Source: Mobula hypostoma (Eukaryota). Taken from it: a stretch of 64,000 bases of DNA. Below are positions 24,070 to 34,409 of this stretch, piece after piece. Within the stretch, counting starts at the first letter, position 1. Every line of letters starts with the position of its first letter. The stretch is from the NCBI RefSeq assembly GCF_963921235.1, contig NC_086109.1, positions 11,966,001 through 12,030,000 on the forward strand, in the 5' to 3' direction. The translations under genes and the position numbers were made by a program. The notes under the pieces are model-generated. The model saw nothing but the letters and a program-made list of their open reading frames with translations, made no database searches and was not told where the DNA came from.

Positions 24070-24387
24070 CATCAGATACTTGTAAATACACATCAAACAC
24101 TGGATGATTGCCAGATGTAACTCCACATCTGTAAAGTCCTGTATCATTAGAGACAAGATTCTCCATAGTAACAGTAAATATTCCCTGGGATGTGTTATCT
24201 CTGATTGTCATTCTTTCATACTGCTCATTTGTCCCATTTGTATTCACTGACGATGTGCATTGGTGACCCCACATGCGGCACAAATACTTTGTGTGTGAAC
24301 GGTACATTGGTGCATAGTGACAATCGATTGTGATCGCTCTTCCCACAACTCCTCTTACTTTATCTTCTGCCCATAAAGCACCTGAAA
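24070..24387 (-). CDS. CD300/pIgR/TREM-like Ig V-domain exon (module B), intact
   Basis: Acceptor ctccctcag|TT (an alternative in-frame acceptor lies 6 nt downstream, 24381), donor G|gtaggt. Reads VSGALWAEDKVRGVVGRAITIDCHYAPMYRSHTKYLCRMWGHQCTSSVNT...RMTIRDNTSQGIFTVTMENLVSNDTGLYRCGVT...VYLQVSD. Has the canonical B-F Cys pair plus the C-C' Cys pair typical of this family. Confidence 0.92.
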
Positions 24388-26088
24388 CTGAGGGAGAAAA
24401 TCTTCAGAAAATGGACAGGTAAAAGTCAAATTTACACAAGCAGATTCAAGATTCTAGATTGTTTCATGTTGATTGCTGTACGCCGTTGTAAAGGATAATG
24501 AAATAATTGTTACTCTGTATCTGATGCAGAAAAACAACACAAAAGTAAAAGGACACAATCATAATAAAAAAGATGTTTTATTTAAAGTTGTTGCTGTGTT
24601 CTAAAGAATCTGCCCACACTGACAACTGGTATAATTGAATTCCACATTGACTGGGAAGACAACAGCATCGTCCCTCATCATATGCTCACAGCTCTTCACA
24701 AGTAATGATTTTTATTTGATTGGAGTCATCATTGTCACTGCCCACTAATGTCTCAGTGTGTTTCCACATTTCTGAGTCAATACATTACTGATCCAGTCCC
24801 ATTCCAGGCAGGTGAGCATAAGGTCAGTAATGGGTAACTTACTGGAGGCAATTGTGTGAGACAGAATCTACCTTGATTTTACAAAGCCAAGATCTGATTT
24901 AGGATGGTGAACATGATTTTGTGCATGGGAAATTGTCTTTCAAACAATACGACTGAGTTTTATTGAAGAGATGACCAAAGGGATTGATGAAGACAGGGCA
25001 GTAGCATTTGTCACATGGAGTTTAGCAAGTACTGAGACAAGATCTCACATTGTAGACTGATCTGTAATGTGATATCACATGGTTAACCAGCTGGATAGAT
25101 ACTGAATTAACTTCGTGGAAGGAGTCAGATTGTGGTCGTGGAGTGTTGGTTTTCTGACAACATCAGATTTTATCACCAGTGATGTGTCATCGGGATCAAT
25201 GCTGCTGTTAGTTAACCACTGTCATTTCTTACCTATATTGATAATTTGGAAGGATAGTTCATCCACCTCCCTCTCTTCTTGCTACTACCATCAGGCAGAA
25301 GGTGCAGGAGTCCTGGGTCCCATGTCGTCGGCTGCTGGATTGGCTTCGCTCGGCTCACTGCTGAACTGACTCCTCAACTGTGATCTCACTTTCGGGGACT
25401 CTGCAGTTCACGTTCTATGTGTTATTTGTTAACATATTTTTATAATTTGCACAAAGCCCCCTCTTTTGCTCATTGGATGTTCGTGAATCTTTTTTGCCTG
25501 CGGCTTATCATGGATTCTATTGTGTTACTTTGTTTTGCGGACATCTGCAAGGAAATGAATCTGCAGGTTGTTTATGGAACACACACTTTGAACATTGGAC
25601 AAGGAAAGTAGCCAATGCAACAGCTGATGGAATGGAACTCAGACAGAGAGAAGTGATGCATTTTAGGAGATTAAACAAGAACACAACTTAGACAGTAGAG
25701 AACTAGGTGTGCAACTACATTGGTCCCTGTAAATGGCAACACAGGTGGACAAAGTAGTGAACAAGGCATATGACATGGTTGCCTTCATTAGATTGGGTAT
25801 TAAGACAAGACCTCACCTCAACTACTCTGTGTCGTTCCGGAGAATGGTATGATTAAATTAGAGAGTACAGGAAACATTCACAAAGATGCTGCTGGATCTG
25901 GAGGATTTGGGTTATGGATAAGCTGAGACTGTTTTTCCTGAAGTGAGTGTAGCTGAGTGGTGACCTTATTGAGGTTTACAAATTAAGAAGGACAAATGTA
26001 TGGTGGATAATCACGGTATTTATCCCAGGGTAGGGACGTCAAAAATTAGAGAACCTGGATGGAAAGTGAGAGGCACAAGTCTTGGAGG

Positions 26089-26952
26089 TGTTACGTACCC
26101 CGTAACTGGGTTGCCAAACCAGCAGAAATGGATCACTCAGTTGGAGTCTGGAGTACTAGAACTAAGAAAGTTTTATTAAAGAAACAAGCAACACAGTAAT
26201 CGAAAGGATAATAAATGCAACAGTTCAGTGATGATAAACACACATGTGCACAGAATTAAGATAACAGCATCAATCAAGCTCTATCGTTGTCTAGGGGTAA
26301 ATGACCAATTTCAAAATGACTCAAAGTTCAGTCCAGTTAGTAGTTCAGTTCGCAGTAATCGTTGCCATGGCGATGGACAAGGTGGGAGAAGAGAGACAGA
26401 GAGAACAGGAACAACTGATCATTCAGACACGGCTTCACTCACAGACCAGCGAGATGGCTCACAAGCAACTTTTGGGCGGGTCCTTGGTGATGTCACCTGA
26501 GGTCACCGACTGTGACCCCTCCTCCAGATGCGGTCGATCCTCTGCAGTGAACCCGGCACCCAGGCAAGGGCGGACACACACCGGGTTCCCGCTGATCGTA
26601 CCTTTCCACCCTTGTCGTTGTCTGACACTTCTCACCCACTCGTGAGAGGCGCACCGCTTCCAGGGTCTCGTTACCTCGGGTGGCGTGTGTCCCTGTCTTA
26701 GCGAACTTGTCCTTTTTTTATCCCCCTGCTGGGGCATCGCCTGTCCATCACTTCAAACAGTTCAGGGTTCAAAGTGGGGGAGCCGCTCCAGACAGCTCTC
26801 TCTCCCACATCCCTTCATTACACATCTCCAGACGCTGCTCCATTGTTCCTTATCTCTCCTTCCCCTGAGGGCAGGTGGCAGACCAACTGCTGATGCCACT
26901 GAAGCTAGCCCAGGCCAGCAAACATCTTAATTTTATGTGTATTCTCGTAACA
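26089..26952 (-). repeat. 3' LTR
   Basis: tgttacg...cgtaaca; about 15 differences from the other LTR by manual count (~98% identity). Confidence 0.95.
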
Positions 26953-26962
26953 CTTCCCCCCT
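26953..26962 (-). promoter_or_regulatory. Polypurine tract
   Basis: Minus strand gggggggaag directly precedes the 3' LTR. Confidence 0.8.
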
Positions 26963-27124
26963 TTAAGGATTTTTACTGGGAGGTAAAAATTACAAACATG
27001 ACTACATTATCTGATACATACACAATATACATCTTTAACAGTTATTTAGCTAATACAGAGAATTTGAAGCTGTCAACACCTTGACAGACAGTCATCACAT
27101 TTTCTGTTCCTTTTACACGTGTTA

Positions 27125-30085
27125 TTAATAATCCCTTAGACCAGGCTCCAACTCAGCAAACTTCATAGTGGCCAAAAACACTGATGAATTGCGACCAATG
27201 TAACCTCTCATTTGGTTTTGTCCCGGACCACAATAACAAGGGTCGTCCCATTCCGACTCAGTTTTCTCTCGCAAGGGCTTAGTAGGAGGGGGACGGGTAT
27301 TGACCGCAGAGTTATTGCAAAACTTCCTGCAGTACCCCACCATCTCCAAAAGCCTTCTGAGGGCCCTCTTGTCTGTCGGGGTTGGGAGGTCAGCGATAGC
27401 CTGCACTGTAGCTTGCATCACTGCCAGCTGCCCCTGTGTCACCACAATTCCCAGGTAAGTGACCCTCGTGTGGCCGAATTCATTTTTTTCAAGGTTCACT
27501 ATCAAACTGGCTTCAGACAGCCGTGTTAAATTGCCAATACACACCTCTGTGTTCATCAGCCCTTTAGTCACTGAATTACTCGAAAAATATGGGTGTTGTT
27601 TACTTGGCCGCCCTATTGTAACCACAATCACCCAACGTCCCAGTTCTTTGCATTTCCTCGGGACAATCAAACACATAGGTGCGAGTCGTTTAATTACTCC
27701 TTGAAAAGATTCGCTTTGTTCGGGGATTAAGGGAGAGACCTTATCAGTAGACCTGGCCAAAACAATAGCCTTCTCCCATCTGACCGATCCCATCCTAATC
27801 TTTTCAAAATGGTTTTTTTCTCTTATCAGGGGGCCCCTAGCTTCATTGATTTCCACGCTAACACCGACTAGGTTTGTTAGCATATCAAAAGCCGGTGACC
27901 GTCTCAGTTCGCGTCGGTCATGATCAATAACATTCTTCCCCCTGGGCAGCTGGTAAATCTCTTTCATGATTCCACCAACTGTTTCCTCCAGCACCGCAAA
28001 ATGTCCACCGTGGGGTACCTCGTGGGCCATGTTAAAAACCTCATCCCCATAACTCTTTTGCACCACCCCCCATTCCTCATCTGCGGGTACTGTACTTGAT
28101 TTCCCTTTCTTCCTTAGCACTTCCTCATCCGCACAATAGCTTGTCAAGGCTGTGTCAGAGAGAGCGGTCTCGGCAAAAACCATCAGCCCCTCGTCTCGCT
28201 CCTGCGTCTGCACAAATTCTTTCCTGGCTACTGCTACGTCCGTCCCAGCTCCCTCACTACCTCTTATCTCACTACACCCTGTCTCATACAAGGTTGGCAG
28301 AAATGTTTCAGCCAAATTCACCATCGCGGGCGGGGCCTCCATGCTGGCAGGCTGACCCGTCAATCTCACGACTGGGAACACGATTCCTCCGGCGATGTCA
28401 TTACCGAGCAAGACTTCCACGTCTTTCGTCGGTAATTCGGACCTCACCCCGATCGTGACTAGTCCAGAGACCAGGTTGCTCTGTAAATGTATCTGGTGCA
28501 AAGGGACTGACTCCGTCCCTTCCCCAACACCTTTGACCTCTACCTCCCCAGTCTGGGTCTCTGAGCTAAACTCTAATACACTCTTCAGTATTAGTGACTG
28601 ACACGCTCCCGTGTCTCTCCAGATCCGCACTGGAACTGGTTTTAACCTCTCCTTCACTGACACCAGTCCGGCCGAGATAAACCTCTCGCGCCCTTCCTGG
28701 ACTTTTTCAGACCTGTCCTTCCCTAGCGGTTGGCTTAACAGCTCAATACAGCCATTCAAAATTTCCGCTTTTCCTTTCCCCGTCTCCTTCCTTGGGGCAA
28801 AGCACCTGGACGCAAAGTGTCCGACTTTCCCACAATTATAACAGACGACCCCAGGAGACTTCCTACCAGACTGCTCCCGGTCTACCTTATCCTTTTCACT
28901 AGTCCCCGGCTTACTTTCTGACTTTTCCGGTGGACTCTCCCCGCCGTCCTGACTACCCTTCTGGTAGCCTTTACTCGGGGCAACCTTCATTTTATGCGTC
29001 AACGCATACTCATCCGCTAACTTAGCAGTTGCGGCTAACGTGGCTGCCTCTTTCTCATCGAGGTAGGGTCTCATACCCTCAGGGACACAACCTTTAAACT
29101 GCTCAATCAGAATCAGCTGCAGCAGTCTGTCATAATCCCCCTCTACCCCTTTCGAGGCGCACCAACGCTCACAATATGTTTGCATCTCACGAGCAAACTC
29201 CAAATACGTGCGGTCCCACTGCTTCCTCGCATTCCGGAACCTCTGCCGGTATGCCTCCGGGACCAACTCATAAATCCTGAGGATGGCCTCCTTCACCACC
29301 TCATACTTCTGGGCATCTTCCGCGGATAAAGCTGAGTAAGCTTGTTGGGCCTTCCCTTTCAGTACACTCTGAAGTAAAACAACCCACTTATCCCTCGGCC
29401 ATTCCTGACTTAGAGCCACCTTTTCGAAGTGGAGAAAGTACTGATCCACGTCGGTATCGTCAAAAGGGGGAACCAGCCTTACCTCCTGGGTCGCCCGGAA
29501 CCCTCCACCTTGGTTCGGCACGAGCCCCTGCTCGGCCCTTATCTTTAACTTCTCCAGCTCAAATTCCCTTTCCCTCTGTTTCTCCTCTCTCTCCAACTGT
29601 CTGTCCCTCTCTCTCTCTTCTCTCTCCAACTGTCTTTCTCTCTCTTGCCTTTCTACCTCTTTCTCTTTCTCCCGCCTTTCTAACTCTCTCTCTTTCTCCC
29701 GCCTTTCTAACTCTCTCTCTTTCTCCCGCCTTTCTAACTCTCTCTCTTTCTCCCGCCTTTCTAACTCTCTCTCCTGCCTTTCTAACTGCTTCTCTTCGTG
29801 TTCTAACTGCCGTACCCGGAACTCGTGCTCGAGTCTCAGTTTTTCAAGCTGTACCTGTACCGCGTCTCCAGCAGGTTTTTCAATAGACACCACCCCCAGC
29901 TCACCTTGGGGAAACACACCTTTAGATACATAGTGCTCTACAATAGCTCTGTGTATCTCCTCTCTCCTCATTGTCGACTTCACCTTAGCAAGATTCACCC
30001 GTTTGGCCACAGCTATCAATTCCGATTTCCTGGCATCCTCTAATGCCTCCAAGGTCGGCGCCTTTATAAATTCCTCAACCTCCAT
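27125..30085 (-). CDS. Gag(SCAN, CCHC)-protease fused to remnants of integrase and RT, 986 aa
   Basis: Coiled coil; SCAN/capsid-like region (LVPPF...YFLHFEK...ELVPEAYRQRFR...LILIEQF); zinc knuckle CYNCGKVGHFASRC; protease RDTGACQS...LLGND; integrase Zn-motif remnant AHEVPHGGH; RT thumb remnant LEKNEFG...YLG...LEMVGYCRKF. The YxDD and DDE cores are absent. Confidence 0.9.
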   Translation of the reverse strand: MEVEEFIKAPTLEALEDARKSELIAVAKRVNLAKVKSTMRREEIHRAIVEHYVSKGVFPQGELGVVSIEKPAGDAVQVQLEKLRLEHEFRVRQLEHEEKQLERQERELERREKERELERREKERELERREKERELERREKEKEVERQERERQLEREERERDRQLEREEKQREREFELEKLKIRAEQGLVPNQGGGFRATQEVRLVPPFDDTDVDQYFLHFEKVALSQEWPRDKWVVLLQSVLKGKAQQAYSALSAEDAQKYEVVKEAILRIYELVPEAYRQRFRNARKQWDRTYLEFAREMQTYCERWCASKGVEGDYDRLLQLILIEQFKGCVPEGMRPYLDEKEAATLAATAKLADEYALTHKMKVAPSKGYQKGSQDGGESPPEKSESKPGTSEKDKVDREQSGRKSPGVVCYNCGKVGHFASRCFAPRKETGKGKAEILNGCIELLSQPLGKDRSEKVQEGRERFISAGLVSVKERLKPVPVRIWRDTGACQSLILKSVLEFSSETQTGEVEVKGVGEGTESVPLHQIHLQSNLVSGLVTIGVRSELPTKDVEVLLGNDIAGGIVFPVVRLTGQPASMEAPPAMVNLAETFLPTLYETGCSEIRGSEGAGTDVAVARKEFVQTQERDEGLMVFAETALSDTALTSYCADEEVLRKKGKSSTVPADEEWGVVQKSYGDEVFNMAHEVPHGGHFAVLEETVGGIMKEIYQLPRGKNVIDHDRRELRRSPAFDMLTNLVGVSVEINEARGPLIREKNHFEKIRMGSVRWEKAIVLARSTDKVSPLIPEQSESFQGVIKRLAPMCLIVPRKCKELGRWVIVVTIGRPSKQHPYFSSNSVTKGLMNTEVCIGNLTRLSEASLIVNLEKNEFGHTRVTYLGIVVTQGQLAVMQATVQAIADLPTPTDKRALRRLLEMVGYCRKFCNNSAVNTRPPPTKPLREKTESEWDDPCYCGPGQNQMRGYIGRNSSVFLATMKFAELEPGLRDY
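29667..29774. repeat. 27-nt tandem repeat, 4 copies, encoding ERELERREK in the Gag coiled coil
   Basis: Unit ttctcccgcctttctaactctctctct repeated. Confidence 0.85.
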
Positions 30086-30161
30086 TTCTGCTGTTTGTCT
30101 TTTCTTTCTTTCGGGAATTTTAACCCAATCAATTTACTCCGTCCCAAATTTAGCGTTCAAA

Positions 30162-30179
30162 ATCCCGGACGAGCCCCCA
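30162..30179 (-). promoter_or_regulatory. Primer-binding site for tRNA-Pro
   Basis: TGGGGGCTCGTCCGGGAT, 4 nt after the 5' LTR; matches the established tRNA-Pro PBS used by MLV. Confidence 0.92.
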
Positions 30180-30183
30180 CTTA

Positions 30184-31046
30184 TGTTACGTACCCCGTAA
30201 CTGGGTTGCCAAACCAGCAGAAATGGATCACTCAGTTGGAGTCTGGAGTACTAGAACTAAGAAAGTTTTATTAAAGAAACAAGCAACACAGTAATCGAAA
30301 GGATAATAAATGCAACAGTTCAGTGATGATAAACACACATGTGCACAGAATTAAGATAACAGCATCAATCAAGCTCTATCGTTGTCTAGGGGTAAATGAC
30401 CAATTTCAAAATGACTCAAAGTTCAGTCCAGTTAGTAGTTCAGTTTGCAGTAATCGTTGCCATGGCGATGGACAAGGTGGGGGAAGAGAGACAGAGAGAA
30501 CAGGAACAACTCATCATTCAGACACGGCTTCACTCACAGATCAGCGAGATTGCTCACAAGCAACTTTTGGGCGGGTCCTTGGTGATGTCACCTGAGGTCA
30601 CCGACTGTGACCCCTCCTCCAGATGCGGTCGATCCTCTGCAGTGAACCCGGCACCCAGGCAAGAGCGGACACACACCGGGTTCCCGCTGATCGTACCTTT
30701 CCACCCTTGTCGTTGTCTGGCACTTCTCACCCACTCGTGAGAGGCACACCGCTTCCAGGGTCTCGTTACCTCGGGTGGCGTGTGTCCCTGTCTTAGCGAA
30801 CCTGTCCCTTTTTATCCCCCTGCTGGGGTATCGCCTGTCCATCACTTCAAACAGTTCAGGGTTCAAAGGGGGGGAGCCGCTCCAGACAGCTCTTCCTCCC
30901 ACATCCCTTCATTACACATCTCCAGACGCTGCTCCATTGTTCCTTATCTCTCCTTCCCCTGAGGGCAGGTGGCAGACCAACTGCTGATGCCACTGAAGCT
31001 AGCCCAGGCCAGCAAACATCTTAATTTTATGTGTATTCTCGTAACA
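30184..31046 (-). repeat. 5' LTR
   Basis: Direct repeat of 26089-26952. Confidence 0.95.
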
Positions 31047-31715
31047 GAGGGCCTGGAGGATCAGTGTTTTCTACACGGAGCAGTGTGTACATGGAAAAGG
31101 CTGTCAAAGGAAGAGTTAGAGGTGGGTACAAATACACTATTTAAAATACATTTGGACAAGTTCACGTACAGGACAGCTTTAGAAGGATACAGGCCAAATA
31201 CAGGGAAATAAGAGAAGCTCAGGAAGACACTGTGACCTTGGCCTGAAGCATCTGTTTCCATAATCTATAACTCTATAACTAGGCAACATCCTCTCTAAAC
31301 TGGACCACACTTTTGAAAGGTTAAATTCAGAGTTTTGTTTTATTGCATACATGTGCCAGCTTATGGAATCACAGCCAATTAGATTACACTTCAATTTCAA
31401 AGTTCAAAATACATTTATTATCAAAGTATGTGTACTATATACAACTAATGCAGACAGCCACAAAACAAAGAAACCCAATGGAACCCATTAAATAGGAAGA
31501 CCATCAAACACCCAATGTGCAGAATAAAAAACAAATCATGCAAACAACGAATAACATTCAGAACTGAAATTCACAAAAGTGAGTCACCGCCATGAAGCTA
31601 GTCATCACTGCAGATGATTCAGGAGTCCATTAATTCCAGGCCACAGCCTCAGTTCAGCACAGGCAAGTAAACACTGTGGAGCAGCAAGCTGAACACTGGC
31701 CCATTCCTTGCCTAC

Positions 31716-31801
31716 GAATGGTATCCCTGCAGTTTTTTTTACGTGTTTTGAAGATTTATTATCCTCTTCATAATCATGAAATGCAACAGCTTTGTTCATA
31801 T
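31716..31801 (-). pseudogene. Copy of the 86-nt exon-like segment ('X') with the acceptor mutated
   Basis: Reads MNKAVAFHDYEEDNKSSKHVKKTAGIPF|gtaggc. The acceptor is ctg instead of cag. Paralog of 57490-57575. Confidence 0.45.
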
Positions 31802-34096
31802 CAGTTCATAGACCCAAATAGAAGGTACAGGTTCCCTTTTCATACCTCAAAGTGAGTGAGATATTTTAGTCAGCAACCTGAAACTCAGTTTCAGCACTCA
31901 ATAATTTACCTGGGCTTTTCAAGAAGTTTGAAAGGATGTGATGACCATAAGAAATTGAGGGCATAAGACATTAGAGCAGAATTGGACCATTCGACCGATA
32001 CGGTCAGCTCCACCATTCCTTCATGGCTGATTTATTATCTCTCTCAATCCCATTATCCTGCTTTCTCCCCATGATCTTTGATGTCTTTACTAAACAAGAA
32101 ACTATTAAGCTCTGCTTTAAATAAACCAGATGACATGGCCTCAAAAGCTGTCTATGGTATTGATTTCCACAGATTAACATCCTCTGGCAAAACAAAATCC
32201 TCCTCATCTCTGTTCTAATGTACGGAGTCTGTACATTCTCTGTGTGGAGACCGTGGGGTTTCTCTGGGTTGTCCTGTTTCTTCCCACAGTCCAAAGACAC
32301 ACCAGGAAGGTTAATTGGTCATTGTAGATTGTCCTGTGATTAGGTTAGAGTTAACTGGCTTTGTTGAGGGTCGCTGGGCCGGTGTTGCAGGAAGGGCTGG
32401 AAGGGCCTACTCTGTACTCTATCGGAGAATAAACAAAATAAAGGGACATCCTTGCGTTCTGAGGATGTGCCCTTGTGCTGCACTCCGCCACTATAGAAAA
32501 CATCCTCTCCACATTTATCCAATCCTTTCAATATTTGATAGGTTTCATTGAGATCGACTCCTTCTTCTAAACTCCAGTGAGTAAGGGCCCAGAACCACTA
32601 AATGCTCCTCAAGCATTATCCCTTTCATACATGGAATCATTCTCATGAACCTCCTATGAAAGCTCTCCAGTGGCAGCACATCTTCTTTGAGAGAAAAGGC
32701 CCAGATTTTCTCACAATACTGCAAGTGTGGTTTGACCAAAGCCTAAGAAATCCTCAGCATTACATCCTTGTTGTTATATTCAAATCCTATCAAAATGAAT
32801 GCTAACATTGTATGTGCCTTCCCTACCGCCAACTCTAGCTGCACGTTAACATTTAAGCAATCCTGCACAAGGACTGCTAAGTCCCTTTGCAGTACAGATT
32901 TCTGAATTTTCTCCCTGTTTCAAAAGTCTACACTTTTATTCCTTCTACCAAAGTGCATGCAGCCTCATATGTGGCAACTTGTCAAAGGCCTTCAAAAAAT
33001 ACAAGTAAGCAATATCCATCGACTCTCCTTTGTCCATTCCACTGGTAATTTTCTCAAAGAATTCCAACAGATTTTTCAGGCAACATTTCCTCATAAGGAA
33101 ACCATACTTTATCATGCGCCTCCATGTACCCCAAAAAACTCATCCTTAATAATGGACTCGAACATCTTCCCAAACACTGAAGGCAGGCGAACTGGTCTAT
33201 AAATCCCTTTGTTTGCTTCCACCTCTTAAAGAGTGGAGCGACATTTCCAGTTTTCCAGTCACACAGAAGCAATCCAGAATCTGGTTATTCTTTACAGATC
33301 ACACCTAATGCTGCCACAATTTCTTCAGCTCCCTCTTTCAAAACCCTGGCTGTAATTTATCTGACCCAGGTGACTTTACCTTCAGATCTTTCAGCTTCCC
33401 AAGCTCCTCCTCCTTAGTAATAGCATCTACATTCACTGCTGCCTTGTGACATCGTCGAATTTCTGTCACACTCTTTGTACCTTCCTCAGTGTGAAATGAG
33501 CAAAGTACTTAATAGGTTGGTCCTCCATTTCTTTGTCCCTCATTATGACCTCCCCAGCATCATTATCCAGTGGTCTGATATCCACTCTTGCTTCTCTTTT
33601 ACACTTTATGTATCTGAAACTCTTTTGGAATCCTCTTTTATATTATTGGTTAATTTCCCTCTATATTTCATCTTTTTTCTCCTGACAGCTTTTTTCGGTT
33701 CCTTCTATTGGTTTTTTAAAACTTCCCAATTCTCTGATTTCCCAATAATTTTCGCTGCATTATATATCCTTCCTTTTGTTTTTATGGCAGTGTCGCTGTC
33801 TCACAACCCAACACCCATTCTAGCATCCTCAATGCAGAAGGCAGAAGTATGAATGGAATACTCTCAATTTGTCTGGATGTGCAAGTCCAACTATGTTTGA
33901 GATGCTCAAAATCTTCCAAGAAGCAATGCCAGACTTAACTGTTCACTCCACTTTATTTCTACCCCATGAAGGCTGCAATGTGTATCATTTAAAAATGCAA
34001 AGAGATTCCTTACCGTCACTGGAAATTTAAGAACAGCAGTAATCGAGTAACAAAAAGAATTATTGAAATGTAACTTCCCTTAAAATTAGAACTTAC

Positions 34097-34409
34097 TGGT
34101 GCTGTTGATTTCTGTCACGTAAGTGCAGATCTCTCCATTTTTGAAGACTGTCACATTAACCATTGCACTGAATCTTGTTCCAAGCCAATTTGAGGCACTG
34201 CAGTAATATTGATGGTGCTGCCGGTTGAGGGATTGACAATGTAGAGCCAGTTCATTGGTACCTGAGATCTTTGGATGCTCAGATGAGGTTTGTTCATACC
34301 ATGTGTACTGAATGGGAAGGGATCCCTGGAGAGACTCAGAGGAAACTGACACCGAGACCCCGAGACGTGAGACATTTGCTGGTGACAGATATCGAAGCAC
34401 AGGAACAGA
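34097..34409 (-). pseudogene. C2-like Ig pseudo-exon (module C); acceptor and first codons deleted
   Basis: Reads SVPVLRYLSPANVSRLGVSVSVSSESLQGSLPIQYTWYEQ...YYCSASN...EICTYVTEINST|gtaagt. About 13 nt (cacagaacctgtg) present at 22.6 kb are missing. The upstream cag would give a stop in phase 1. Confidence 0.85.

Larger units (their letters stand above)
26089..31046 (-). mobile_element. Gmr1-like (SCAN-Gag) Gypsy LTR retrotransposon with internally deleted pol
   Basis: Two LTRs of 863/864 bp with TG..CA ends, 4-bp TSD GAGG (26085-26088, 31047-31050), PBS, PPT and one 986-codon ORF. Confidence 0.95.

Noticed and set aside
24500-24562. MIVSFYFCVVFLHQIQ followed by a gtaaca donor, leader-like and 110 nt upstream of V24k
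   Set aside because: The ATG is absent and the frame differs in the paralog at 20.6 kb. The hydrophobic look comes from a T-rich tract.
26228-27084. Several 60-115 aa ORFs duplicated at 30323-31211
   Set aside because: They lie within the two LTRs and have no protein motifs.
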